DNA of 39,199 nucleotides from Natronohydrobacter sp. (GTDB lineage: Bacteria; Pseudomonadota; Alphaproteobacteria; Rhodobacterales; Rhodobacteraceae), in contig SKIM01000024.1 of assembly GCA_007116445.1 (NCBI GenBank), positions 1 through 39,199 of the forward strand, read 5' to 3'. Shown piece after piece: positions 28,070 to 37,912 of the stretch (position 1 is the stretch's first letter; every line of letters starts with the position of its first letter). The position numbers and the translations under genes are program-made. A model generated the notes under the pieces. The model did no database searches, was not told the origin of the DNA, and was given only the letters and a program-made list of their open reading frames with translations.

Positions 28070-29389
28070 GTGTCCACGCCCCACCGAACCGCCGTTGCAC
28101 AGGCCTTTGCCGCGCTCAGCTCGGACGATGATGGCCGGTCCTGCCGCGATATTTCCGAGACTGCGTGCAACGCGCAGCCGCAGAATTTCCTGCGCCATGC
28201 CGGCGCGCTTGGGCTGAGCAAATCGGCGGACGGTCTGGTGGATCCCAAACTGGTGCTGTCCTGGCTGATGACACATCTGGGCGCGCCTGCTGCCCTGATC
28301 GGGCTGCTGGTCCCGATCCGTGAGGCGGGCGCATTGCTACCGCAGCTTTTCACCGCCGCCCGTATCCGCGCGCTTGCGCAGCGCAAATGGGCATGGGGCG
28401 TTGCAGCCTTCGGGCAGGGTTTGGGTGCTGCGATCATCCTTGCGGCAGCGCTGGCGCTTGAAGGGGCGCTCGCGGGCAGTGTGATCCTTGCGGGGCTGGC
28501 GGTTCTGGCGGTGTCACGCTCAGTCGCGTCAGTGGCCTACAAGGACGTGCTCGGCAAGACCATCGACAAAGGCCAGCGCGGGACTGTGACCGGGCTCGCG
28601 GGCAGCTGGTCGGCCGTTGTCGTCATCGCCTTCGCATTGACGCTGATTTTCTTCTCCGAGGCCCGCGCCCTGATCGTGGCCGGCGCCCTGGCCCTCGCGG
28701 CCCTGGCCTGGTTGGTTGCAGGGGGGGTGTTCATCGGGCTGGCCGAAGACAAAGGCGCGACCGAGGGCGGGGCAAATGGGGTCACCGATGCGATCGCCAA
28801 TCTGCATTACCTGCGCGAAGACTCGCAACTGGCGCGCTTCATCCTCGCACGCGGGCTGCTGACGGCGACAGCGCTCGCGCCGCCCTATCTGGTGATGCTC
28901 GCCTCTGGCGGTCCCGGTGCCGCGCTGGAAAGTCTGGGCGCGCTGGTGCTGGCCTCGGCGCTCGCAGCACTCTTGTCCAGCTATATCTGGGGCCGGCTTG
29001 CAGATCGCTCCTCGCGCCGGGTCTTGATCCTGACAGGGCTGAGCGGTGCAGCCGCACTGGTGATGACGCTGGTTTTCGCAGCGCTCGGCTGGTCGAACTC
29101 GCCTATCGCGATGCCGCTTGCCTTGTTTCTGCTGATGGTCGCGCATCAGGGCGTGCGGCTGGGCCGGTCAACATATCTGGTGGATATGGTTGGCCCCGAC
29201 CTGCGCGCGGTCTATACCGCGATTGCGAATACAGTAATTGGCGTCATCCTGCTCGCGAGCGGCATCTTCGGCGCGCTCGCGGCGCTGGCGGGGGCCGCAA
29301 CAGCGATTGGACTTTTTGCGGTGATGGCAGCGGCAGGGGCCTATGTGGCCTATGGATTGAAGGAATTGGGCGATGGCTCAGACGATTGA
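28070..29389 (+). CDS. MFS transporter
   Basis: About 12 hydrophobic helices and motif A-like [15 protein letters not shown] start at 28070 follows AAGGAG; the ORF-track ATG at 28052 is the alternative. Confidence 0.85.
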   Translation: MSTPHRTAVAQAFAALSSDDDGRSCRDISETACNAQPQNFLRHAGALGLSKSADGLVDPKLVLSWLMTHLGAPAALIGLLVPIREAGALLPQLFTAARIRALAQRKWAWGVAAFGQGLGAAIILAAALALEGALAGSVILAGLAVLAVSRSVASVAYKDVLGKTIDKGQRGTVTGLAGSWSAVVVIAFALTLIFFSEARALIVAGALALAALAWLVAGGVFIGLAEDKGATEGGANGVTDAIANLHYLREDSQLARFILARGLLTATALAPPYLVMLASGGPGAALESLGALVLASALAALLSSYIWGRLADRSSRRVLILTGLSGAAALVMTLVFAALGWSNSPIAMPLALFLLMVAHQGVRLGRSTYLVDMVGPDLRAVYTAIANTVIGVILLASGIFGALAALAGAATAIGLFAVMAAAGAYVAYGLKELGDGSDD

Positions 29390-30119
29390 CACAGCAACCG
29401 GGCGGAAGCTCGCCTATCACAAGACCGCGGGCACAGGGCCGGGCATCGTTTTTCTGGGCGGTTTCATGTCGGACATGTCCGGCACCAAAGCGGTCTGGCT
29501 CGAAGACTGGGCCCGAACTGAGGGCCGCGCCTTCTTGCGCTTTGACTATTCTGGACATGGCGCAAGTTCGGGACGTTTCGAGGACGGATGCATCGGCGAC
29601 TGGGCTGAAGACGCCTTCGAGGCGGTCACGCGCCTGACTGACGGGCCGCAGATCCTTGTCGGTTCGTCCATGGGCGGCTGGATCGCACTTTTGCTGGCCC
29701 GGCGGTTACCGGAGCGCCTGGCCGGGCTCGTCGGGATCGCCGCTGCCCCGGATTTCACCGAGGACAGTATGTGGCCCGGACTGTCAGAGGCACAGCGCGC
29801 CGAGATCCTTGGCGCGGGGCGCACCGAACTGCCCAATTCTTATGACGACCGCCCCTACACGCTGACCCGCCGGCTTTTCGAGGACGGGCGGGAACAGCTC
29901 GTGTTGCGCAGTCGATTGTCACTGCCCTTCCCTGTCCGCTTGCTCCAAGGCACGGCCGACGAAGCCGTGGCGACCTCCGTGCCGCTGCGTTTGCTGGAGC
30001 ATGCCGACTGCCCCGACCTCCAGCTGACGCTTGTGAAGGGCGCGGACCACCGGTTTTCAACACCCCAGTGCCTGGCGCTGATCGCTGCGGCGATCAGGGG
30101 ACTTCCTGACCTCGAGTAA
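29373..30119 (+). CDS. Alpha/beta hydrolase
   Basis: GGFMSDMSGTKA, RFDYSGHG, nucleophile elbow GSSMGG, LQGTAD, GADHRFS. Overlaps the MFS stop. Confidence 0.92.
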   Translation: MAQTIDTATGRKLAYHKTAGTGPGIVFLGGFMSDMSGTKAVWLEDWARTEGRAFLRFDYSGHGASSGRFEDGCIGDWAEDAFEAVTRLTDGPQILVGSSMGGWIALLLARRLPERLAGLVGIAAAPDFTEDSMWPGLSEAQRAEILGAGRTELPNSYDDRPYTLTRRLFEDGREQLVLRSRLSLPFPVRLLQGTADEAVATSVPLRLLEHADCPDLQLTLVKGADHRFSTPQCLALIAAAIRGLPDLE

Positions 30120-30143
30120 GGCCAGGCCGGGGCAGAGACGACT

Positions 30144-30956
30144 TCAGATCGCAGAGGCAAGCCGTGCAAGCGCCTGCGCGTGAAGCACCGGATTGGCGGA
30201 GGCGAGCACCTGTCCGTTTTCTCCCGGCTTGCGGCCCTGCCAATCGGTCACAAGCCCACCTGCGGCCTCGATCACGGCAATCGGTGCGGCAATGTCATAG
30301 GCGTTCAACCCGGCCTCGACGACCAGATCGATATGCCCGGCGGCAAGCAGCCCATAGGCGTAACAGTCCATCCCGTAGCGCGTCAGCCGCACCTCGTCGG
30401 AAACACGCTGGAAGGCCGCGCGCTCGTCGGCTGTCCCGATTTCGGGAAAGGTCGAGGACAGCGTCGCATCGGACAATGCCTGCGTCTCGCGAGTCCTGAG
30501 CGCAACTGTGCCTTGCGGCCCCGTCAACTTGGCCTGGCCGAGCCCCCCGACAAACCGCTCGCCGATATAGGGCTGATCGATCACACCCAGGAACGGACCC
30601 TGTGCATCTGCCAAAGCGATCAACACCCCCCAGCACGGAGTGCCCGACAGGAAGCTGCGCGTGCCATCAATCGGATCAATCACCCATTTCAGCCCGGACT
30701 CGCCCATCACAGCAGCGAATTCCTCACCCAATATCCCGTCCTGCGGTCGAAAACGCGCAAGATGAGCGCGCAGGGCCATTTCCGCAGCGCGGTCGGCTTG
30801 GGTGACTGGATCGAAGCCATCGGCCAGTTTGTTGTCAGCCCGCAACTGAGGCTGCCGAAACCATTTAAGCGTCTCGGAGCGCGCCAGATCAGCAAGCTCC
30901 GAGATCAGGGCGAGCAGGCTCTCTCGCTGCTCTTTACCAATATCATCGCGTGTCAA
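30144..30956 (-). CDS. hisN: Inositol monophosphatase family protein, probable histidinol-phosphatase
   Basis: FDPVTQAD, GEEF, WVIDPIDGTRSF, RYGMDCYAY, YDIAA. Start is either TTG 30956 or ATG 30971. The family is secure; the hisN function is inferred. Confidence 0.75.
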   Translation of the reverse strand: MTRDDIGKEQRESLLALISELADLARSETLKWFRQPQLRADNKLADGFDPVTQADRAAEMALRAHLARFRPQDGILGEEFAAVMGESGLKWVIDPIDGTRSFLSGTPCWGVLIALADAQGPFLGVIDQPYIGERFVGGLGQAKLTGPQGTVALRTRETQALSDATLSSTFPEIGTADERAAFQRVSDEVRLTRYGMDCYAYGLLAAGHIDLVVEAGLNAYDIAAPIAVIEAAGGLVTDWQGRKPGENGQVLASANPVLHAQALARLASAI

Positions 30957-31044
30957 TCTTCCGCCTTCCATTTGCCTGCCAGATGCGCATTTGCATTTCG
31001 CATGCTAACGAGGCGGCTTCAAGATTGCAGAAACTGTTGTCGTG

Positions 31045-31407
31045 TCACGCCGCCTGAACCAGCGCACGCGCCAATTCAAACAGTCGTTTGCGCTGTGTCT
31101 CCGGGATCGCGTAATAGGTCTTCAGCAATTCCAGCGTTTCCTTGCTGGACAGCAGATCGTCGCCTGTTTCCACAGCCGCGCCCTCCTCGTCCTCAAAGCC
31201 TTCGAAGAAATACCCGGGCTGCACTTCCAGCGTCTGCGCGATATCCCATAAGCGCGACGCCGAAACGCGGTTCATCCCTGTCTCATACTTCTGAATTTGT
31301 TGGAACTTGATGCCGACAGCATCAGCCAGTTGTTGCTGCGTCAATCCCATCAGCCATCTGCGATGCCGAATTTTCTGGCCCACATGATCATCTACTTTAT
31401 GCCCCAC
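31045..31407 (-). CDS. XRE-family helix-turn-helix transcriptional regulator
   Basis: VDDHVGQKIRHRRWLMGLTQQQLADAVGIKFQQIQKYETGMNRVSASRL, a conserved alphaproteobacterial XRE type. Confidence 0.93.
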   Translation of the reverse strand: MGHKVDDHVGQKIRHRRWLMGLTQQQLADAVGIKFQQIQKYETGMNRVSASRLWDIAQTLEVQPGYFFEGFEDEEGAAVETGDDLLSSKETLELLKTYYAIPETQRKRLFELARALVQAA

Positions 31408-31704
31408 ACCATCACCCTATGACTTCACCCCGGTTACAACCAAAAGATCCGACTGCCTTGATATCATCTGCTTCGGATGACGACGATCGGAACACATCGG
31501 TTGATTGAGAGGATAGCATGCGACTTGTGTTACGCACTGAATTTGACTGCGGGAACCGACGCAAAAGCAAATCTTTGCAATTCGCAGCGCATTTTGCAAA
31601 CAACCCTTGGGTGAAAGTCGCACGTCGCAATTGCACCCCAACGTGAAGTCTTGAGTTAACCATGATATTCAAGCATTGTTAATACAAACCACGTAGGAAA
31701 ACAC

Positions 31705-32670
31705 ATGCGCGCATATGTGCTCGAGGCTTTTGATTCCCCGCCAGCCTTCCGTGAAATCGCAACGCCCGCGTTCGGGCCCGACGAGGTGCTGATCGATGTT
31801 GCAGCCTGCGGGCTGAACTTTGCCGATCTGCTGATGCAGCGTGGGAAATATCAGGAACGACCTGCTCTGCCCATGACAATGGGGATGGAACTCGCAGGAA
31901 CCATCGCGGCGATCGGAGATCAGGTGACAGGTCTGCGCCCCGGCATGCGCGTCGCAGCATTTACGGGTCATGGCGGATTGGCGCAACAAGCCGCCTGCGC
32001 GGCGCAGCGTTGTGTTGCCCTGCCTGATGCCATGACCTTCACTGAGGCCGCAGGATTTCAGGTCGCCTACGGCACCTCCCATCTCGCTCTGGATCATCGC
32101 GCGCATCTCGCGGCGGGTGAAACCTTGCTTGTGCTTGGCGCGGCGGGCGGAGTCGGCTTGACCGCAGTCGAGATCGGCAAAGCAATGGGGGCACGCGTGA
32201 TCGCAGTGGCGCGCGGGGCCGAGAAATGTGCAATCGCACGAACGAAAGGGGCTGACATCTGTCTGGACAGCGAGGATTTGGACCTGCGCACAGAACTTAA
32301 GGCGCTCGGCGGAGTGGACGTCGTTTATGACGCGATCGGCGAACCGCTATCGACCCCTGCCCTACGCAGCTTGCGCCCCGAGGGCAGGTTTCTGGCCATC
32401 GGGTTCGCGGGCGGCGAAGTGCCGCAATTTCCGGCAAATATCCTGCTGGTCAAGAACCTGACTGTGATCGGATTATACTGGGGGGGGTACACGACCTTCG
32501 CGCCCGACCGACTGACAGGTTCGCTCGCGACGCTGTCCAACTGGTATCTTGAAGGCAAGATCGTGCCCCATCAAAGCCATATCCTGCCCTTTGAGCGCGT
32601 CGCAGAAGGGCTGGAGCTGCTGCGCAGTCGAAAATCAACTGGAAAAGTGGTGATTGACCTGCAGGCGTGA
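31705..32670 (+). CDS. NADPH:quinone oxidoreductase family protein (MDR superfamily)
   Basis: CGLNFADLL, GMELAG, LVLGAAGGVG, IGFAGG, C-terminal TGKVVI. Confidence 0.92.
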   Translation: MRAYVLEAFDSPPAFREIATPAFGPDEVLIDVAACGLNFADLLMQRGKYQERPALPMTMGMELAGTIAAIGDQVTGLRPGMRVAAFTGHGGLAQQAACAAQRCVALPDAMTFTEAAGFQVAYGTSHLALDHRAHLAAGETLLVLGAAGGVGLTAVEIGKAMGARVIAVARGAEKCAIARTKGADICLDSEDLDLRTELKALGGVDVVYDAIGEPLSTPALRSLRPEGRFLAIGFAGGEVPQFPANILLVKNLTVIGLYWGGYTTFAPDRLTGSLATLSNWYLEGKIVPHQSHILPFERVAEGLELLRSRKSTGKVVIDLQA

Positions 32671-32731
32671 CCAAGGCAAAGGCAATCGCGACTTTCGCAG
32701 ATCAAATCCTGTCTATTTCACTACGGAAATC

Positions 32732-32760
32732 CTTGAAACCCACAGCTGTCTGCACGATAT
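32732..32760 (+). promoter_or_regulatory. RpoH-like promoter upstream of yccA
   Basis: CTTGAA-N16-ACGATAT resembles the alphaproteobacterial RpoH consensus CTTGAA-N15/16-CCTATAT. Confidence 0.45.
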
Positions 32761-32812
32761 TGCATCGTAAGACAGCGTGAGTGTTCACGGGTCAAACAAT
32801 ATGGAGGATCAC

Positions 32813-33598
32813 ATGGCTCAATTTGACACCATGCGGGCGCGGACGACCACCGCGACACGGGCGGCAGAAATCGATGTCGGCCTGCGCGCGCATATGAACA
32901 AGGTATACGGCACCATGTCAGTTGGCATGGTGATCACAGCGGCAGCCGCCTGGGCGATCGCCGGTCTGACGACGACCAACGACCCGGCAATGGCCGTCGC
33001 GCAACTCGGCAATGGCACAATGCTAAACAGCATGGGCGCTGCAATCTATCTGTCGCCACTGCGCTGGGTCATCATGTTCGCACCGCTGGCATTCGTGCTG
33101 TTTGGCTGGGGCGCGCTGATGCGCCGTGCGTCGGCAGCCGGTGTTCAGCTTGGCTTTTTTGTCTTCGCCACTGCAATCGGCCTGTCGCTCAGCTCGATCT
33201 TTCTGGTCTTCACCAGTTTCTCGATCGTGCAGACCTTCTTCGTGACTGCAATCGCGTTTGCGGGTCTTAGCCTGTATGGCTATACCACGAAGAAAGATCT
33301 GTCCGGCATGGGCACTTTCCTGATCATGGGTGTGATCGGTCTGATCGTGGCGATGATCGTGAACCTGTTCCTGCAGAGCCCGGCAATGATGTTTGCAATC
33401 TCGGCCATCGGGATCCTGATCTTCGCTGGTCTGACCGCGTTTCACACTCAGGCCATCAAATCCGAATATGTGGCGCATGCAGCAAGTGGCGATCAGGAAT
33501 GGCTCGACAAGGCGGCTGTTGATGGCGCTCTATCGCTCTACATCAGTTTCTTGAACATGTTCCAGTTCCTGCTGATGTTCCTCGGGCAGCAAGAGTAA
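32813..33598 (+). CDS. yccA: Bax inhibitor-1/YccA family membrane protein
   Basis: IDVGLRAHMNKVY, YGYTTKKDLSGMG, GALSLYISFLNMF, 7 TM helices. RBS GGAGG before 32813. Confidence 0.9.
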   Translation: MAQFDTMRARTTTATRAAEIDVGLRAHMNKVYGTMSVGMVITAAAAWAIAGLTTTNDPAMAVAQLGNGTMLNSMGAAIYLSPLRWVIMFAPLAFVLFGWGALMRRASAAGVQLGFFVFATAIGLSLSSIFLVFTSFSIVQTFFVTAIAFAGLSLYGYTTKKDLSGMGTFLIMGVIGLIVAMIVNLFLQSPAMMFAISAIGILIFAGLTAFHTQAIKSEYVAHAASGDQEWLDKAAVDGALSLYISFLNMFQFLLMFLGQQE

Positions 33599-33620
33599 AC
33601 CACCGACGTTGCCGTTTCGG

Positions 33621-33648
33621 AAAGGCGCGCAGATTGCGCGCCTTTTTT
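33621..33648 (+). terminator. Rho-independent terminator of yccA
   Basis: AAAGGCGCGCA-GAT-TGCGCGCCTTTTTT. Confidence 0.88.
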
Positions 33649-33792
33649 ATTGCGACCGCATCAACAAGAAGATGTGGCCTTGTCACGCGGAAGAGGCTGC
33701 AAGATCCTTGACGCGCGCCAAGCTGATCTTGCCCCCGCGACCAAGCTCGCCTACACCTCTGGAAAACTCGCACCTGAATAAAGGCATAGACC

Positions 33793-35133
33793 ATGCGCCT
33801 GACCCGCTATTTTCTGCCCGTGCTGAAAGAAACTCCGTCGGAAGCACAGATTGTCAGCCACAGGCTCATGCTGCGCGCCGGGATGATCAAACAAGCCAGC
33901 GCCGGGATTTATTCCTGGCTGCCGCTGGGGTTCAAGGTGCTGCGACGCATTGAGCAGATCGTCCATGAAGAACAGATCCGCGCGGGCCATATCCCGATGT
34001 TGATGCCGACGCTGCAATCGGCAGAACTCTGGCGCGAATCCGGGCGCTATGATGATTACGGCCAGGAAATGCTGCGGATCACGGATCGCCACGGGCGCGA
34101 CATGCTCTATGGGCCAACGAATGAAGAGCTGATCACTGATATTTTCCGCGCGCATGTGAACAGCTACAAGGACCTGCCACTGACGCTCTATCATATTCAG
34201 TGGAAATTCCGCGATGAGGTGCGTCCCCGCTTCGGGGTCATGCGCGGCCGCGAATTCCTGATGAAGGACGGCTACAATTTCGACCTGGACAAGGAAGCGG
34301 CGCTGCACGCCTATAACCGCCATCTGGTCAGCTATCTGCGCAGCTATGAACGTATGGGGCTGCAAGCCATCCCGATGCGCGCCGATGGGGGGCCAATCGG
34401 GGGCGATTACACGCATGAATTTCTTGTGCTGGCCGAAACTGGCGAATCCGAGGTCTTCTATGACAGCGAGATCACGGATCTGAAATTCGGGGCCCGCGCC
34501 GTGGATTACGACTCCGTTTCGGAATGTCAGGCGGTTCTTGAAGAGTTCACCTCGCGCTATGCACGCACGGATGAAACGCATGATACCGCGTTGTTTGCCG
34601 CGCAAGTGCCTGAGGCCCGGCGCAAATCGGCCCGTGGGATCGAAGTCGGGCAAATTTTCTATTTCGGCACCAAATATTCCGATGCCATGGGCGCGACAGT
34701 TGTCGGACCGGACGGCGCGCGGGTGCCAGTGCATATGGGCAGTCACGGTATCGGCGTGTCGCGCTTGCTCGGCGCGATCATCGAGGCCAGCCATGACGAG
34801 CGCGGTATCATCTGGCCCGAAGGTGTGACGCCATTTCATTGCGGGATCATCAATCTCAAACAGGGCGATGCAGCTGCAGATGCGGCCTGCGAGGCCCTTT
34901 ATGCCGCCTTGAGCGCCAAGGGGCTTGAGCCGCTTTATGATGATCGCAGCGAGCGGGCGGGGGCGAAATTCGCAACCATGGATCTGATCGGGCTGCCATG
35001 GCGCATCACGGTCGGTCCGCGCGGGCTGGAAAAAGGAGTGGTGGAGCTAACCTCGCGGCGCACAGGCGAGAGTGAGGAAATGACGCCTGAGGCGGCGATC
35101 GACCGGTTGGCACAGATTTACGCCACACATTAA
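33793..35133 (+). CDS. proS: Proline--tRNA ligase (short alphaproteobacterial type, no INS editing domain)
   Basis: [51 protein letters not shown]. 446 aa. Confidence 0.98.
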   Translation: MRLTRYFLPVLKETPSEAQIVSHRLMLRAGMIKQASAGIYSWLPLGFKVLRRIEQIVHEEQIRAGHIPMLMPTLQSAELWRESGRYDDYGQEMLRITDRHGRDMLYGPTNEELITDIFRAHVNSYKDLPLTLYHIQWKFRDEVRPRFGVMRGREFLMKDGYNFDLDKEAALHAYNRHLVSYLRSYERMGLQAIPMRADGGPIGGDYTHEFLVLAETGESEVFYDSEITDLKFGARAVDYDSVSECQAVLEEFTSRYARTDETHDTALFAAQVPEARRKSARGIEVGQIFYFGTKYSDAMGATVVGPDGARVPVHMGSHGIGVSRLLGAIIEASHDERGIIWPEGVTPFHCGIINLKQGDAAADAACEALYAALSAKGLEPLYDDRSERAGAKFATMDLIGLPWRITVGPRGLEKGVVELTSRRTGESEEMTPEAAIDRLAQIYATH

Positions 35134-35156
35134 TCGCAGAGGGTTCATGCGATGCG

Positions 35157-35216
35157 GCGCCCCACGCTTGCATGGGCGCACCACCCAGACGGGCGCAAAG
35201 GCGCTTTGTCCGCCCG
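35157..35216. repeat. Two GC-rich hairpins, REP-like intergenic element
   Basis: GCGCCC...GGGCGC (35157-35179) and CGGGCG-CAAAG-GCG-CTTTG-TC-CGCCCG (35190-35216). Only one copy in the window, so repeat status is unproven. Confidence 0.4.
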
Positions 35217-35354
35217 CTATGTTTCACAGCCATGGCATTTCTTTGGCGGCGGGCCACCCTGCAGTTTCGTCCAGATCCCCATGCGCTGCTGCACAGCGAC
35301 GCCAATTGACCCCAGGGCGCTCTTCGTTAGCATAATGTGCAAACGGAGAAAAAT

Positions 35355-35918
35355 ATGAGAGAAAGCACCCTATCAGCTCGCGATCGCTTGCCTGACCCAT
35401 TGCGCGTTCTGCTGGCGCAATACCCGCGCGACATCTGGGCGAGCCATCAGAATTTTGACGGGCTGACACGTTTCTGGCTGGAGCGGCATCTGATGTTCCG
35501 CAGGGCCTTGGCACAGTGGCAAGACGAAACGCGCGGCTTTCTTGACCAAAGGCGCGAGGCGCGTGCTTATCGCCAAATGACTGCGCGTATCGGGGGATTC
35601 CTGATCAATGAGCTGCATGGCCACCACCATATCGAGGATACACATTATTTTCCGATCCTCTCTGCAGCGGAGACGAGACTGGCGCGGGGGTTTGACTTGC
35701 TTGATGCGGATCACCACGAACTCGATGTTGTGTTGAACGCATTGACTGAGGCAGCGAACACGCATCTGCAATCCCTTTCAGCGAACGAAGACGCCCAGGC
35801 CAGCGCAGGCGCATTGTTGCGGCAGTTGGAGGGGTTCGAGACTTTTCTGAACCGGCATCTGGTGGATGAGGAAGAACTGGTTGTCCCGGTGATCCTGCAC
35901 CATGCCCTAAAATTCTGA
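35355..35918 (+). CDS. Hemerythrin/HHE cation-binding domain protein
   Basis: H...HxxxE...H...HxxxE ligand pattern: ERHLMF, HHHIED, DADHHE, RHLVDEEE. RBS GGAG before 35355. Confidence 0.85.
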   Translation: MRESTLSARDRLPDPLRVLLAQYPRDIWASHQNFDGLTRFWLERHLMFRRALAQWQDETRGFLDQRREARAYRQMTARIGGFLINELHGHHHIEDTHYFPILSAAETRLARGFDLLDADHHELDVVLNALTEAANTHLQSLSANEDAQASAGALLRQLEGFETFLNRHLVDEEELVVPVILHHALKF

Positions 35919-36032
35919 ACTGGGTCAGAAATCAGTCAGACAGAGAAAGGAATTTGTGCGCTGCGCTGCAGATACGGCCAGTGATCGAAGGTCGGAGAGG
36001 ATCCTGGCCTGTGCGATGAGATCGGCCTCAGG

Positions 36033-36119
36033 AAAACGCGTGCAGGGGGCATCGAGCCCCCGGCACGCGTTGGGCCGCAGGCCCAAACCCGCCCCAAGAG
36101 GGCCAAGGGCCCCCTTGGG
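36033..36119. terminator. Cluster of three hairpins between convergent genes; the first can act as a minus-strand terminator
   Basis: AACGCGTGC-A-GGGGGC/GCCCCC-G-GCACGCGTT (36035-36071), TTGGGCC/GGCCCAA (36070-36086), CCCAAG-A-GGGCC/GGCCC-C-CTTGGG (36093-36119). Confidence 0.55.
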
Positions 36120-36132
36120 TATCCCCCGCGCG

Positions 36133-37908
36133 TTATCGCTCGGTCAGTTTCAATTCGATCCGGCGATTGCGGCTTCGCGCCTCTGGTGTATTCGCAGGAT
36201 CGACAGGTCTGTATTCACCAAAACCTGCGGCAGACAGCCGATGCGCAGGAAAGCCGCGCTCTTCGGTCAGGTAACGGACAACCGACAGCGCTCGCGCCTG
36301 GCTCAGCGCCCAATTGTCAGCGAATGCCCCACCCGGACCAATGGGCAAATTGTCGGTATGTCCTTCGACCTGCAGGATCCAGTCGATCTCGGACGGGATT
36401 CGATCTGCAACATCGCCCAGAATCGCCACGACATTGCCGATCTGCGCACGCCCCTCGGGTGCGAGATCGGCAGACCCGAGTTCAAACAGTACTTCAGAAG
36501 AGAACACGAAACGGTCACCGACGATCTCAACACCGTCGCGGCCTTCCAGAACCTGACGCAACTGGCCAAAAAACTCTGACTGAAAGCTTTCCAGCCGCGC
36601 TCGTTCCGCCGCCTCCAGGTCAGCGCGGCGCCGTTCTTCGGTGGCCAACTGCGCCAGCGCCAGATTAAGATCTGCGCCAAGGCTTTCAATCTGCGTTTGT
36701 GCAGCGTCATCGCGCGCGCGCGCCTCGCCCAGCAGATCCTGCAATCCCCCCACCTGACTGCGCAAGGCTGCGACCTGCTGGTTAAGCAATTCGATCCGGC
36801 GCTGATCTTCCGCGATCTGCGCATCCTGCTCGGCAAGCTGCTCTTGCGCAAGATTGCGCAAGGCCGCGAGGCGCTCACGCTCGGAGATCTCCACCTCCAG
36901 CGCAGTTTCGCTCTGGGCCTGCGCCGCGCGCGCAGCGGCAAGCAAGGTCAGCGTGTCTTCCGCACGCTGGCGCTCCTCTTCCAGCGCCAATGTCATCGCG
37001 GTCAACTCGGTATCGGCACGATCCAACCGCCGCCGCAACGTTTCAGCCGCCGCGGCATCGGCAAGACGGGCCTGTTCTTCTGCACTCAGTTCAGCCTCGA
37101 CCCCCTGCAACCTTTCGCGCAGCATCTCGGCGGCGGCACGTTGCGTGACGATCTCGGCTTCTGCCGCATCCAGTTCGCCGCGCAGCGTTGTCTCCGTCTC
37201 TTGCTGTTTTGCAAGCGCCTGCTGCGTCGCCAGGAGGCTTGCGGCCAATTGCGCAAGCGATGCTTCGGAACGCGCCGCCTCCGCTCGCGCCTCGGCAAGG
37301 GCGGCATCCACGGCATCTGCACGCAAGGCGGCAAGCCGCGCGGCCTCTGCCTCGGCCGTCACCTCTTCGCGCAAGCGCGCCAATGCCAGATCCAGCGCGT
37401 CGCGTTCGGCCAAGGCTTCGGTTCTTTCCGCCTCTGCCGCGGCCAGATCTGCGCCGAGCGCTGCGCTTTTTGCAAGTGCAGTGTCGCGCGCCACGATCAA
37501 GGCTGCGACCTGGGCCTCAAAATCGCTGATCCGCGCCTGCGCCTGGTCCAGTTCAGCGCCACGCGCAGACAGATCACGATCGAGGCGTGTGATCTGTGCG
37601 GCCTGCGCTGCCGCCAGCGCACGCGATTCGCTCAGGTCGCCCGAAAGCTCTGTCACCTGCCCTTCAAGCGTCGCAACCCGAGCCCGCGACAAACCAAGCG
37701 CATCGACCAGGGACGCGACCTCGGCCGACAATCCTTCGAGTTGCGTGTCCTGCGCGGAAATCGTGTCACGCAAGACAAATTGCACGATCATGAAAATCGA
37801 CAACACAAACATCAGCACCAGCAAAAGCGCCGTCATCGCATCGACGAAACCCGGCCAGATGGCGCCGCTGACGTCGCGACGTTGCCCTGATCTGCGCGCC
37901 AGTGCCAT
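36133..37908 (-). CDS. MotB/OmpA-like peptidoglycan-binding protein with a long coiled coil
   Basis: N-terminal TM IWPGFVDAMTALLLVLMFVLSIF, about 400 aa Ala/Glu/Leu/Arg-rich helical region, then OmpA_C VLFELGSADL...VEGHTD...NWALSQARA...NRRIEL. Start MALARR at 37908. Confidence 0.9.
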   Translation of the reverse strand: MALARRSGQRRDVSGAIWPGFVDAMTALLLVLMFVLSIFMIVQFVLRDTISAQDTQLEGLSAEVASLVDALGLSRARVATLEGQVTELSGDLSESRALAAAQAAQITRLDRDLSARGAELDQAQARISDFEAQVAALIVARDTALAKSAALGADLAAAEAERTEALAERDALDLALARLREEVTAEAEAARLAALRADAVDAALAEARAEAARSEASLAQLAASLLATQQALAKQQETETTLRGELDAAEAEIVTQRAAAEMLRERLQGVEAELSAEEQARLADAAAAETLRRRLDRADTELTAMTLALEEERQRAEDTLTLLAAARAAQAQSETALEVEISERERLAALRNLAQEQLAEQDAQIAEDQRRIELLNQQVAALRSQVGGLQDLLGEARARDDAAQTQIESLGADLNLALAQLATEERRRADLEAAERARLESFQSEFFGQLRQVLEGRDGVEIVGDRFVFSSEVLFELGSADLAPEGRAQIGNVVAILGDVADRIPSEIDWILQVEGHTDNLPIGPGGAFADNWALSQARALSVVRYLTEERGFPAHRLSAAGFGEYRPVDPANTPEARSRNRRIELKLTER

Positions 37909-37912
37909 GCCT

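Noticed and set aside
27933-28100. N-terminal extensions in the ORF track (thrS to 28100; also the SBP, ATPase, mscS, cysK, prfB and mrcA ORFs)
   Set aside because: Downstream starts match family N-termini, mostly with clear RBSs, while the extensions overlap promoters or neighbouring genes.
35147-35358. Small ORFs (62-99 aa) in the proS-hemerythrin spacer, and similar ones at 17570-17902 and 31412-31672
   Set aside because: No convincing RBS or motifs. They are better explained as non-coding regulatory or structured DNA.
36033-36132. tRNA or CRISPR interpretation of the hairpin clusters
   Set aside because: No T-loop GTTCRA, D-loop or acceptor stem, and no regularly spaced identical repeats or cas genes.
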